Part shown: positions 50,600 to 61,850 of the stretch, in pieces
How positions within the stretch are numbered: position 1 is the first letter of the stretch
Layout of the letters: the number at the start of each line of letters is the position of its first letter
Assembly: GCA_028534125.1 (NCBI GenBank)
Contig: CM052832.1
Location: 10,294,001-10,358,000, forward strand
Direction of reading: 5' to 3'
DNA length: 64,000 bases
Origin: Lama glama
Lineage: Eukaryota
Notes under the pieces: model-generated
Databases searched by the model: none
What the model saw: only the letters and a program-made list of their open reading frames with translations
Told to the model about the DNA's origin: nothing
Position numbers and translations under genes: made by a program

Positions 50600-52800
50600 A
50601 ACATTGATGGGGCTCTGAGGAATCCTCTGGTAGATTGCTCCCCATGATCTCCCCAAATGAGCAAAGGGAAACTAAGATAAAACATAATGGAGAATCCTGT
50701 ACAGTATTGGTGAGTACTGGGGCCGCTTTATCTACGTTAAACCCTATTTTCATAAAACAGCAAATCTGTTGGAGTAAAGAGAATATTTCCATAGTAGGGG
50801 TTTCTTATGAAATTCTGGACTGTGTCTAAAATCAGTTCAGATGACACTAGGGCCATTTTTGGGAAGCCATACTTTCCTTCTGCGTGACACTGCCCCAGTA
50901 AACCTGTGAGGATGAGATTTGCTTTTTAAATTGAGGAGTCATGAAATTTAACTCAGCAGGAAAAGGATCATAGAATTTCCTGACCCTCCTGATCCTGAGC
51001 TGCTCTGCTCTCTGCAAACAGGATTTGATGAAACTGAGGCTCTAATGAATGGAAGCCCGATCTCTCAGAGGTTCTCAAATGCCTCTGGCTTCTTCCTCAA
51101 CGGACACAGGCAAAATTAAGAGCACTGAACCCATAAAAATCCAAATAGATCATTCCAAACCCCAGCCCAAATTGCCTCAATATCTGCTAAAAAGAGAAGC
51201 TATACTAGAAGTTATCAATCCACTATCCAGAAACTACCAATGGTAGGAGATTTAATTAAGCAAGGACTTAAAATTCCATGCACTAGTCCCTGTAACACTC
51301 TGATCTTAGCCATGATATAACCAAATGGTTGAGGTTGGAGATTTGTTCAGGATCTAGGTGCAATTAAGAAAATTATGATACCATGGTTCCCTGTGGATCC
51401 AAATCCCAATAGTTTATCTGATGTGCTTACAGACTCAAAATGACTCACAATGTCTTGGCTCTGCTTACTTTAGTATCCCAGTTGACAAGGAGAGTCAATA
51501 TTTATTTGCTTTCACTTGGAAAAACCAACAGTATACCTGGACTCTAATGCCACAAGGGTTCACTGAAGCCCCATCCTATTTTTTACAGATTTTACATCAA
51601 GACTTGGCAAACTTACAGTTCCCTAAGGACTCTACACTCATTCAATATGTAGATGACTTATTGTTATATCCCCTACAGGGCAGGACTCAGAAGTAGATGC
51701 GATTTATCTGTTACAGCTGTTAGCTTGTAAAGGCCATGAGGCTTCCAAGGAAAAACTCAAATTTTCAGAAAAGAAGGTCCACCTCCTAGGACATGATTTG
51801 ACTACAGAAAGTATTTCCCTCTCACCTGAAAGAAGAAAGACTATTCAAAACTTCCCTAGACCTACAAATAAACAATAATTAAGGAGTTACTTTGGAACTA
51901 CTTGCAGGATATTGTGGATCTTAAGTTCCAAAGTTTTCTCTGTTCTCAACTCCCCTGCGTGAACTTAGAAGGAACTCAATTCCAGAGATTTTTTACCCTG
52001 GGAAGATAATCATGGGCAAGTCTTCAGCCAAGTACAATTAGCTTTGCAACAAACTCCAGCCTTAGGGCTCCCAAAATATACTCAACGTTTCACCTTATTT
52101 GTCCACAAGCATGGTAACCAGGCTCTAGGAGTTCTAACGCAAGAGCATGGAGGAAAACAAAGACTTATTGCTTATTGTAGCTTACAGTTAGACCCAGTAG
52201 CGAGAGCATATCCAAACTATTTGAAAGCAGTAGATGCAGCAGCTGAATTGGTGGAAACCTCAGCTGAATTGGTTATTAGGGTATGACTTACATGTACAAG
52301 GACCTCACACTGTTGAGTTATTAAATTATGATCAGACCCAACATTTTTCAGCAGGCAGACTAGCATCTTGTGAGATCCTTCTCCTTTCACTAGCTAACCA
52401 TCTTAAGTGCTACAGTTTGCTCAGCCCTGCTGCCCTTGCCTGACGATGGTACAGATGTCTGTAACTGTATAGACGTGGTGTCATGGTTATTGACCCCTAG
52501 CATTGACTTTTAGGACAAACCATTAGAAAACCCAGACTTGATACCTTTCATCGATACTAAGAATGCAGAAGGGAAATACCAGACAGGATATGCTGTAAGA
52601 AATCAGTGTGAACTGTTGGAAAGGGGAATCCAACCCCAGTGTAATTCTGCTTAACCAGCAGAACTATGTGTCCTCACTTGGGCTTGTCAGCTATCCAGTG
52701 ATTTAGATTGAAGCTCAAACTAGAAACACAAAACCTGAGTATCAGGGAAATACTCTAGCAGACTTCCATGCTAAATCAGCCAGCACTAAAATTGCTCCAA
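50600..52800 (+). pseudogene. ERV pro-pol remnants (protease, RT, RNase H) with many stops and frameshifts
   Basis: ORF fragments 50635-50829 (LVSTGA, catalytic Asp lost), 51421-51696 (AYFSIPVDKESQYLFAFTW...PQGFTEAP...QYVDDLLL) and 52044-52286 (PALGLP...LGVLTQ...IAYCSLQLDPVA). Confidence 0.9.
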
Positions 52801-52929
52801 TGTGCAACTTGAATGAACTCTGTAAGACTGATTCTAATCAAATTATTTATGATCATTTATATAAAAGACAAAATCAGGCACTCAAGCTGGAGCAAGAATG
52901 TTGGGTCAATTGAATATATATACAAAAGA

Positions 52930-54053
52930 CACTGCAGAGCAGGCAGCAAAAATCAGACCATTTGCAGGCTTGCTGTCAGACCTATATATTTAGGTGGTTT
53001 TTCAATATGGAATAAAACAATAGTTGAGTTTTGATTGAATGATGCTAAGACTTCTATACCAATGAATGGGTCCATGACTGTAATACTTATGAGGGAGCCC
53101 TGTGTACACCTCCTGGTTACTTATTTTATTTTTATTTATTTTTTGGAGTCCATAATAAAATACTTCCATCAAATTTTTTTTGGCAAAATGTTTTACCAAG
53201 TTTCTAGAGGAATGAAGGACAGTGATCATATATTTTATCATCCAAATTGGCTATTCCTTTTAATTGTTGAGGTTTTGGCAGCTGGAGGGCGAAAGGACAA
53301 TGTGCTCTTGCTGTATTTACTGTTCTATTTTCCCTTCATAATACCTCAGAAACTCCACATTGGTCCACTCCCTTGAACTTATACTGTCAACTGAAAAGAA
53401 GTTTACTAGCAGATGTTAACCCCTCTGCATGGGCGTCATTTGGACTGTCCCTTCTTCCCTGGCTTGTGGTTAGTACAGACAGACATGACTAGACACTTGT
53501 ACTTAACTCTGGCAACCATTGCTGAGTCCAGTGCTAAGGCACAGCAGAAGTCCCTAGGTTCTTGCTAAGATGGTTTTAGATAATAGAATTGCTTTAGATT
53601 CCTTGTTGTCTGAACAAGGAAGAATCTGTGCCATAGTGAATACCTGCTGTTGTACCTACATCAGAACCTCTGCTATTGCAGAAACTCAAATACAAGACAT
53701 TTACAAGCAAGCTACTTGGCTAAAACAGGTTGGTATCTCATCAGAGGCACTCTTTGATTTATTTGATACCAACTTGCTTGGTTCACAGGAGCCGTGGCTA
53801 AGGAGTGTACCTCAGCCTCTTTGGTGTTCTCCTCCTAACAGTCATCCTTATAGTCTCCCTGGTGTGCTGTGTTCTCTCAAAGGTCGTAAATGCACGTTTG
53901 CAGCCATCAGCAGCTCATCAGATGGCCTCACTGCACGTAGAGAAACAGAAACAAGATGAACAACAGAATAAACAGCAAACGCAATTCTTCCATGGATCTG
54001 ACATCATAGCCTATGGGTTTCACAAGGAGACGAGAGCCTTTAACGGTGAGTGA
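52930..54053 (+). pseudogene. ERV env remnant (partial SU and TM)
   Basis: EGALCTPPGY at 53091 and a basic cleavage site LKRSL at ~53391. ISD VLDNRIALDSLL and CAIVNTCCC (CX6CC) in ORF 53570-53959. The transmembrane helix LFGVLLLTVILIVSLVCCV is in another frame (53805-54053). Confidence 0.88.
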
Positions 54054-54107
54054 GAGCGGCGCTAATACCAAATCTCATGTATGAGAGGATGGCCAAAAGG
54101 GGAGAGC

Positions 54108-54437
54108 TGTTAAATTAATTAAACAAGGAGGCCATTAGGCAGAGGGGCTCTATTCCCTCGGCACCACATAAGCAAACCAAAATCTAAGCCTCTAAAGACC
54201 TCAAAGGCATATAAAAGTGAAACCCGAGGAGAACTAACCACAACTAGCTGACGAGGGTGTAAGTTATTGGCTGCCAGTGACTGCCTTGCTCTGCTTTTGC
54301 CTCTTCTCTGTATTGCGTTTCCCCAGCTTCCATTGACGGAGTACTTCTAACATTTCCAGTTTGGCGCTGCCTGATTTGAATCGATTTTTGCTCAGATGAA
54401 TTCCAAAAGTTTTTATATGCCTCATTTTATCTTTTAA
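54108..54437 (+). repeat. ERV 3' LTR preceded by polypurine tract
   Basis: PPT AAAAGGGGAGAG at 54095-54106, then TGTTAAA. Homologous to 48575-48859. Confidence 0.87.
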
Positions 54438-55861
54438 TTAATACAGTTCTGTGCTTAGGATTGAGTGGTGGATGATTCAGAGACACTGACCTGCCTCCAG
54501 GGAACTTACTGGGAAACAGGGAGGCTGGGATATCAAAAGGCCACTTCAAAGCATCCCTTGGGGAGATGCTGGCTCACTGTGAGGGCTGGTGTCCTTTGAG
54601 ACTCATTATATCCTATTTTTTCACCACCGCACGATCACTGCCCAGGCCCAAGCGGGTGCAGCATGAGGGTCCAGGGACCTTTTGCACAAGGAGGCCCAGG
54701 AAAGAGGCAAAACCTACAAGGAAAGGTGAGGAGGGTATGGGGGATGAGGTTTGCCTGTGTTCCAGGCTCTGCTTTGGTGATGAGGGCTGGACCTCACATT
54801 CTGTACTGATCAGTTAATAATATGCTTGGTGATGAGGACTTCTTGCCTGGTTTCCGGCCACTGCAGCTCTGGGGGGCTTCCCGAGTGTGCAGGTGGGTAT
54901 GTTGGTGAGGATGTGAATGCCACATGGCCCTAGTAAATCTGTGTCGACTCTGGGATTGACAGTGGTCTGGTGGCTGAGGCCGGTGGTACCCAAGGAGATC
55001 TGATGTCTTTACCAAGAGTGAATGAAGAGGTCTGACTGCCTCCTTAGAGTTATGGCAGGGGAGCCATAAATCTCACACTGCTGTCTCCCAGGGGCTTTGG
55101 GCCCCCTCCCTTCAACCTCCCACTAAGGGGTTTGCTGCCTGAGTCTGCTCTCCTGAGACCTCTGTCATATTCTACTTCTCACTATTTTGTCAAATGCTTG
55201 AATTCTGTGTCTTTGTTAATGGGGTGTCACATTTTAAAACAATTTAAAAATCAAATTAATTTCTTTTAAAATTACAGGTGTTAGGAATAGGTGATATGTT
55301 GGCGTGCATAACATTCAAAAGGTACTAAAGGGCATGCGGAAATTGTCTTTATCATCTCTCTCCCCAGCCACCTGGTTCTCCTCCCCAAGGCAATTAGCGT
55401 TACTAGTTTCTTGTGCGATAGTAAGATCTTTATGTAAAAGAGATGTATATAATAGGTGTTATAGGAGTTATAAAATGTATATGAACTCTACAATTTTGTT
55501 TTGAGCACCAATCAGATGCCAAGCACTGGAGATGTTAAGACTGATAGCGAGTGGTCTGAGCCCCCTGACACCCCACGGTCTAGCAAGGGAGCAGCCAGGT
55601 GGGCCAGCAGCTCTAACCTGGTCTTATTAAAGGAGGAATAGAGATGGGTGTGTGAGGTGCAGCGGTAGCACCAAGGGCTGGAGAGAAGAAAAGAATCTAG
55701 CAGTGGAGACAGAAAGGGGTCTGTAACCCACCTTTTGAGCTGCCCACAGCCACCAGGGTTGGGGTATTACAGAATTCACTTCTTCCCTGCTAAATTATTT
55801 TTTGAGTCTTTCTCTTAGCCTGGTCTCATAGAATGGAAATCCATTTTGGACCATCTGACAA

Positions 55862-56510
55862 TTTTTCTAAAAAACAGCTTTATTGAGATATGATTCACAT
55901 AACATACAACTGACTGTTTAGAGTGTATAGTTCAGTATCTTTTTGTATATTCATTGAGTTTAGAACATTTTCATTATCCCAGAAGGAAACCTCATACCTC
56001 TCAGTTGTTACTCACCAATCTGCCCATCCCACCAGCCCCTGGCAACGACTAATTACTTTCTGTCTCTATGGATTTGCCTATTCTGGACATTTCATTTAAA
56101 TGGAATCATATAATATGTGGCCTTTTGTGTCTGGCTTCTTTCATTTAACATAATGTTTTTGAAGTTCATACATGGTGTGACACAGATCAGTACTTCATCT
56201 CTTTTTATGGCTAAATAAGACTCCATTGTGTGGGTACGCCACATTTTGTTTCTCTAGTCATCAGTTGATGATGTTTGGGTGGTTTCCATATTTTGACTAT
56301 TGTGAATAGAACTGCTATAATCATTCATGTTCAAGTTTTTGTTTGAAAACTTGTCTTTAATTCCTTTGAGTATATACCTGGGAGTGGAATTGCTGAGTCA
56401 TATGATGATTTTATATTTAACTTATTAATGAACCACCAAATTGTTTTCCATAGTGGCTGCATCATTTTACCTTCCCACCAGCAGTGTATGAGGGTTTCAG
56501 TTTCTCATTT
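55862..56510 (-). mobile_element. LINE-1 3' fragment (L1MB-like)
   Basis: cagctttattgagatatgattcacataac...ctttctgtctctatggatttgcctattctggacatttcatttaaatggaatcata...gggagtggaattgctgagtcatatg. Confidence 0.88.
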
Positions 56511-59500
56511 TCCTGTTTTAAAATTGGACTTCCCCCAAGATGCTCCTTCTGGAATCACCTAGTTAGCTCCTCACTCTGCTGCTTGTGGACTTGTGGTCCT
56601 CCTGAAGTTACCCCAGGCCTCAGCCCCTCCTTGTCTGATAGCAGGCCTGGACAGAATTCCTAAATTGTGTCTCTCTTTAAACTTTAAATGTGTTACCTAT
56701 AGGCTGCCACGCCAGTACACACTGCTGGAGAGCAGAAGGAAAGGTCTTAGGAAGCAGAGAAAAGGGGGTGGGGTCTATTCAGTAGCTGTATTGAGCCTCC
56801 TTTCTGACCCCAGAGCAGTAGCTGGTTGCTTCTTTCTCAGCAGTAGACAGAGCCCACTCTGGGTGAGTCCTGCGGGTAGGAGAGGGTGCACTGGGGAGCC
56901 AAGGACAGGGACAGGCAAGCAGAAGGTTGAGGACCTTGTAATCATCCAAGTTCAAGCCAGGACAGACGTGGAGGCTAGGCCATGTCTAGAGGGGCCAAAG
57001 AATGTGCTGCCTTGTGGTCAGCAGGAAGCCAGGAGCCTGGAGCCAGGAAGGAGCAAGGTCAGGCCATGGTCCACACTGTGGGTGCGGGGCAGGCCAGGGC
57101 TGACCTTGCAGCCCCCGCAGAGCGCAGGGTGGGTAAGCAACTGCTCCAAAACACCCAGCTGGTAAACGCCGGGGCAAGGGTCTGACCTGAGAGAGCCTGG
57201 TTCTGGAGCCTGTGCCCTTCACCACTAGGCTACAGTCTTTGTCTCTTAACTGTTATTCCCCGCCCTCTGCCCCCGTGTCCCAACCCCCAGGTCCTGAGGA
57301 CCAAGGACCCTTGTCGCATAGATTTTGGTGAGATTGCTCCTCTACCAGTGTCTTCTCCGACATCCCTCTCTGCTACCCTCCTACTCCTCATGCAGCTCTT
57401 CCAGCTTCCCTCCATTTCTCTGTCTCTTGTCTCTACAAGATTCAGCCAAAAACAAAACAAAAAATACTCAAAAACCAAAAAAGCAAAACCCACTAGAAGC
57501 CTGAAAACCAACACCCAGTAACACTTCCATTTCAGAGGACCAATGAATAATTCCATAGCATTAGTATGTCCCCTAAACATTTCTGTCCCCAGCCTCTTCT
57601 AATGCTGGGATGCCCAGGTGACACTGTTGCAGCCAATGATAGATAAACTCAAGTCTCACCTTGTGGGGCTGGGGGCTGTGGGAGAGGTAGGGGTAGGAGA
57701 TGCTTCTGAGAAGCACTTTTCCCAATAGAAGAGCCAGGAAAAGTTGGTGTTCTCCCCCTCACATGGGAACCCTAGCATTAAAACAGGCTGGGAACATGAA
57801 TGGTTAGGCTCTCCAGCCTCTCTGGTGGAGGCAGACAGGTTGGGAATGGGGTTTGCTTGGCCAGCCAACAGCATCAGCCTCAGAAGGGAAGCCAAAAGCA
57901 TGCAGGTGTCACTGATGACCTACGGCAGATTCAGTGACAGAGGAATAGTGCAGATCCAGATCCAGCATCTCCTTTACCCCTCTGGCTTCTTTTTCACCTG
58001 GAATTCAGAAAAAAGAACGTGTCTCATGAACTGGGAGTAGAAGTGGTACTTGAGTTGTGCTGGGAAGGTTGGATGAGAATTAAACAATGTTGGGTCAAGG
58101 ACGTTCAAGGCTGGGAAAGTGATGGAAAGGATTAGGGATGGGGGTACCTAGTTGTTCTGAAGGGCAGTGAGCATGGCAGGGGGCTCAGGTAGAGGAGAAA
58201 TGTACCAAAAGAACTAATTTGGGTTAATTTTCAAGAAGCTGCACTCTTGCCTCTGTCAGAGGCTGAGCTTGCCTGACATGCTTGGAGAACAGTAAGTGCT
58301 GTGTGGGGAACAAGCGCCCTCAAAGCTGGCTTCAGACATGTTGCGTTGCCCGATGCCAGCATCATAGGCTCTGGGCAAGCACACTTCTGACTGCTCATGC
58401 GGAAGGGCTCTTCAGCCCCAAATCTAGCTTCCGCCCATCTAGTCCCTGTTTCTGGAGCCCACTCTCTGCTTTTTATCTCTCTACTCCTTCCCTTCCCTAG
58501 AATGATTCTGTGGCCCTGAGCCACTGTGGGATGTTGTCCCTTGTGCTAAGGTGTTGGCAATTACACTTCCTCCTCAGACTTGACCTTCTTTGACCACTGA
58601 CAACCCTGCATGCACTCAGTCAGCTCTTGACAACTGGTAACCGTAACTTTGTGCTTGAAATCTCATCTTAGCCCAACCTTTCAGGCCTTAGCCAGGGCTC
58701 AAGAACTTTGAATGCCAGGCAGAGCATTTGCTGTCTGTCCAATAGGTGCAAGGTGGTCAGTGATAGCCTGGGTTGGGAGGATCCAAGTCAAGAGAGGGTG
58801 TGGTCTCGGGAAGCTCTTTTTGACAGTGGCACGTAGAAGGGATTGAGGCCAGCACGTGCAGGGATGCGCGGACTAGTCAGGAGGCTGCTGCAGCAGCCCA
58901 TTGAGATCTGGACTGGGCGGGGGCAGGGGAAGGGCCGGATATGGGAAAAAAAAACACTAAAACATGTGTCAGTAGGGTTTGGGATGCGATGAGTTGTTCT
59001 GGGAAGAAAGGAAGAAGCACAAGAGGAAGCCAGTGTTTCCAGCAGATCTATTATCAGGAATAGCAGATGAGGGTCTGCTGGACCAGTTTTTGTTTGGTAG
59101 GTTTTTAAGAAGCTGCATTTGGCTCTAGGCCAGCTTGATGTGAAGCGGCAGCAGGGCTCCTACTCGGGTGTGTCCACGAGGCAGTGGGAGAGGAGGCATG
59201 AGAGCTGAGGAGAGGACCCCTCTGGAGGTGAAGAGCTGGGAACAGGGAGAATGTCGGGGTAAGGACAGAGCAGGGGGAAACAAAGGACCTTTGGAGCAGA
59301 TGCTGTGCGGAGGCGGTTGGGAAGGGAAGTAGAAGGAGCTTCAGGCAAGCAGGATAGGTGAGGGGCTGAGAAACTGGAACAGCAGAGACTCAAACAGGAG
59401 GGAACAGGCCACAGCATCTTCCTTTGTGAGGTAGAGCCCTGGAGTCCTTTTTGTGGGTCCTTGTCATTTCTGAGTCCAGCCCTGACCCTGTGATAATTAA

Positions 59501-60545
59501 GCCCTCTCTCCCACGCTCCAGTTTTCTCCCTTGAGGTGCTTATTTTTACTTTCAGAGTCAAGTCAGATCCCACAAGACGCTTTCCCAATACATTTTTATC
59601 TAAGTTAATTCCAGTTTTCATCTGCCTGTCACGATGAGTGAGCTCCCTGATTCTCCCTATTTGAATATTTCTGTTTTCAGATTTCTTTTTTTTTGAATGA
59701 AGACAGACATCTTATGTGGCTTGCTAGTCAAGCGGTGCTGTTAACATTTGGTTGCCTTGCAAGGTTTGTTTTTTTTTTTTTGACTTCTTGTTAAACATTT
59801 TCTCAGGGCTTCCCGAGAGGCGTTGGTGAACATTCTTTAGGATTATGTGGCCTTTTTTCTTCCTTCTATTCTTTGCTCATTCTTTTTTCCTCGTTCCTCT
59901 GTCAAAGTCAGGTATTATGGGCTTCTTTTCTCATCTCTCAGGTTGTTGGAGTAATTCTGTGTTATAACGTTAGCACCACAGCTAATGTTTGTGCAGTGCC
60001 TTACAATTTACAAAGCATGTCACATGTATTTTCTTATTCTATCTTCACAGCAATTCTTTGAAGCAGTTAAGGTACAATTTTCCTTATTTTACACATAAGG
60101 TCTCTGAAGACTTGGCTGGTAATATTGAAGGAGTCAGGGTGACAAGATCTGTGACTGCTTCCCTTTTTTTCTTTTTTTTTAATAATATTGCAAAAAAGAA
60201 CAAAAAATCCAATACATGACCATTGGAGGACATTTGGAAAATCTAGGAGAGAATATAGAAGGAAATATATATTACTGGCCAACTCAGTCCAGGAACTGCT
60301 ACTGTCAGCCGTTGTGGTGGTTCTTTCCAATCACATTTCTATGAATTGGTGAAGACTGTGTATAATTAGGAACTACATCTTGATGTGGGACTCTGATTTT
60401 GAAGTGTAACAGATTGTGCGCATTTTCCCACACCAATCAACTATTTTAAAATCTATTCTAGTCTAGGGATATATTATAATTTATGAAACAGTTCCCCTCT
60501 TGCAGAACCTTGAAGTTGCATCCATTTTGGCCTGTACAAAAACAG

Positions 60546-60709
60546 TTTTTTGTTTTTGTTTTTAAAATGAAGTATAGTCAGTTACCGTGTGTCAATTTCT
60601 GGTGTACAGCATAATGTCCCAGTCATGCATGTATGTACATATAGTCATTTTCACATTCTTTTTCATTAAAGGTTATTAGAAGATATTGAATATAGTTCCT
60701 TGTGCTATA
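60546..60709 (-). mobile_element. Short cetartiodactyl-type LINE-1 3' end
   Basis: tttttaaaatgaagtatagtcagttac...tgtacagcata...gatattgaatatagttccttgtgctata, flanked by a near-identical TSD aaaaacagtttt / aaaaacactttt. Confidence 0.75.
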
Positions 60710-61489
60710 AAAACACTTTTATAAACAACTTTATACTGCAAACACCTGTCTGAGGCTGTATTCTAAGCCTAAGGGTGGAATGACTGGGTTAAAGAGCATA
60801 TTGTTCAACTGCATTCCACAGATGGACCAGGTTTTATTTCAACAAGAAGTATACATTTGTGTCTCTCTTACCATACCCTTGCTGGTGTTGACTGTTACAT
60901 TTTAAACTCATTGTAAATATTACAGATGGAAAATAAAATCTCATTGCTTTGTTTGACATTTCTTTTATTGCTTATGAGACAGAATTTTGCCCCTTTGTTT
61001 ATTGTCCATTTTAATTTCTTCCAATAATCATATTCTTATGCTCTTTGCTTGAGGGTCTGTGGTGCTTTCAATTTTGTTATTGATATTCAAGGACTGATAT
61101 GAGTTAAATGCCCCCTGACTCTCAGTGCTCTCCTGACACTCATCCTGTCTACCCAACCTTGGAAACCACCCTGAAAAGGTGATTGCAGCCCACTGTTGAG
61201 GAAAAACAATTAACTGAATCAATTCATACTAAAATATACATGAGATATCCTCTCCTTCTCCCTGTAACTGTAAATAGGAGGATATTTCTGGACCCATGAT
61301 TCTAATCCAGTGGTCTGTCTGTCTGACATGGATGACATTTAAATCTGCTCTCACATTCTGGGACTTTTGAATTTTCTTCATAGGCTCCTATTAGACCACA
61401 TTAGAGAATTTGTTCTTCAATCTATCTACAAAGTACAATCCACCACACCTTGATGGAGTTTGTGGTAGGCAGACTGATGTTTACTTGAT

Positions 61490-61850
61490 AAAATTTTGGA
61501 ATGCGTCTGCAAGTAACAACTCCTGACTAAAACTGGCTCAAGCAATATGGAAACTTAATTGTTTCTTATAAGAAATCCAGGGGCTGGTGGCTCTAGAGTT
61601 GGTTCATTTAACATCTCAGTGTTGATAGTTCTCTGGTTGATAATTCTCCGCAATTCTAGTGGTTTTTCCCCCATGTTGCAAGACCATAGTCACAGGTCCA
61701 AGCATCAGGGCCTCACATAATAACACCCAAGGCAGGCAGCAAGGGGAATTCTCAGATTCCTCTATTCTATTAAGAAGCAAAATCTTTCAGGTGACCAGCC
61801 TCCCACCTCATGAGACCAGAATTGCGTCACACAGTCACCCCTAACCACAG
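61490..61850 (-). mobile_element. MaLR LTR (MLT1-type) fragment
   Basis: tctgcaagtaacaac...actggctcaagcaat...gttgcaagacc...ccaagcatc...ccagaattgcgtcacac is an MLT1 antisense signature. Confidence 0.55.

Larger units (their letters stand above)
48575..54437 (+). mobile_element. Decayed class I (gammaretrovirus-like) endogenous retrovirus, LTR-gag-pro-pol-env-LTR, integrase deleted
   Basis: Paired LTRs, PBS and PPT. Gag matrix LQWPQWENF (~49331) and a degenerate CCHC knuckle (~50456). Protease LVSTGA. RT LMPQGF and QYVDDLL. RNase H remnants. Env CTPPGY, ISD and CX6CC. Confidence 0.92.

Noticed and set aside
53400..54053. ERV env as a possible co-opted syncytin-like gene
   Set aside because: There is no signal peptide or complete SU, there are stops and frameshifts upstream of the ISD, and the transmembrane helix is out of frame.
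56593..57165. 190-aa plus ORF
   Set aside because: It has no recognisable domain, starts at a non-ATG codon and lacks splice support, so it is a chance ORF in GC-rich intergenic DNA.
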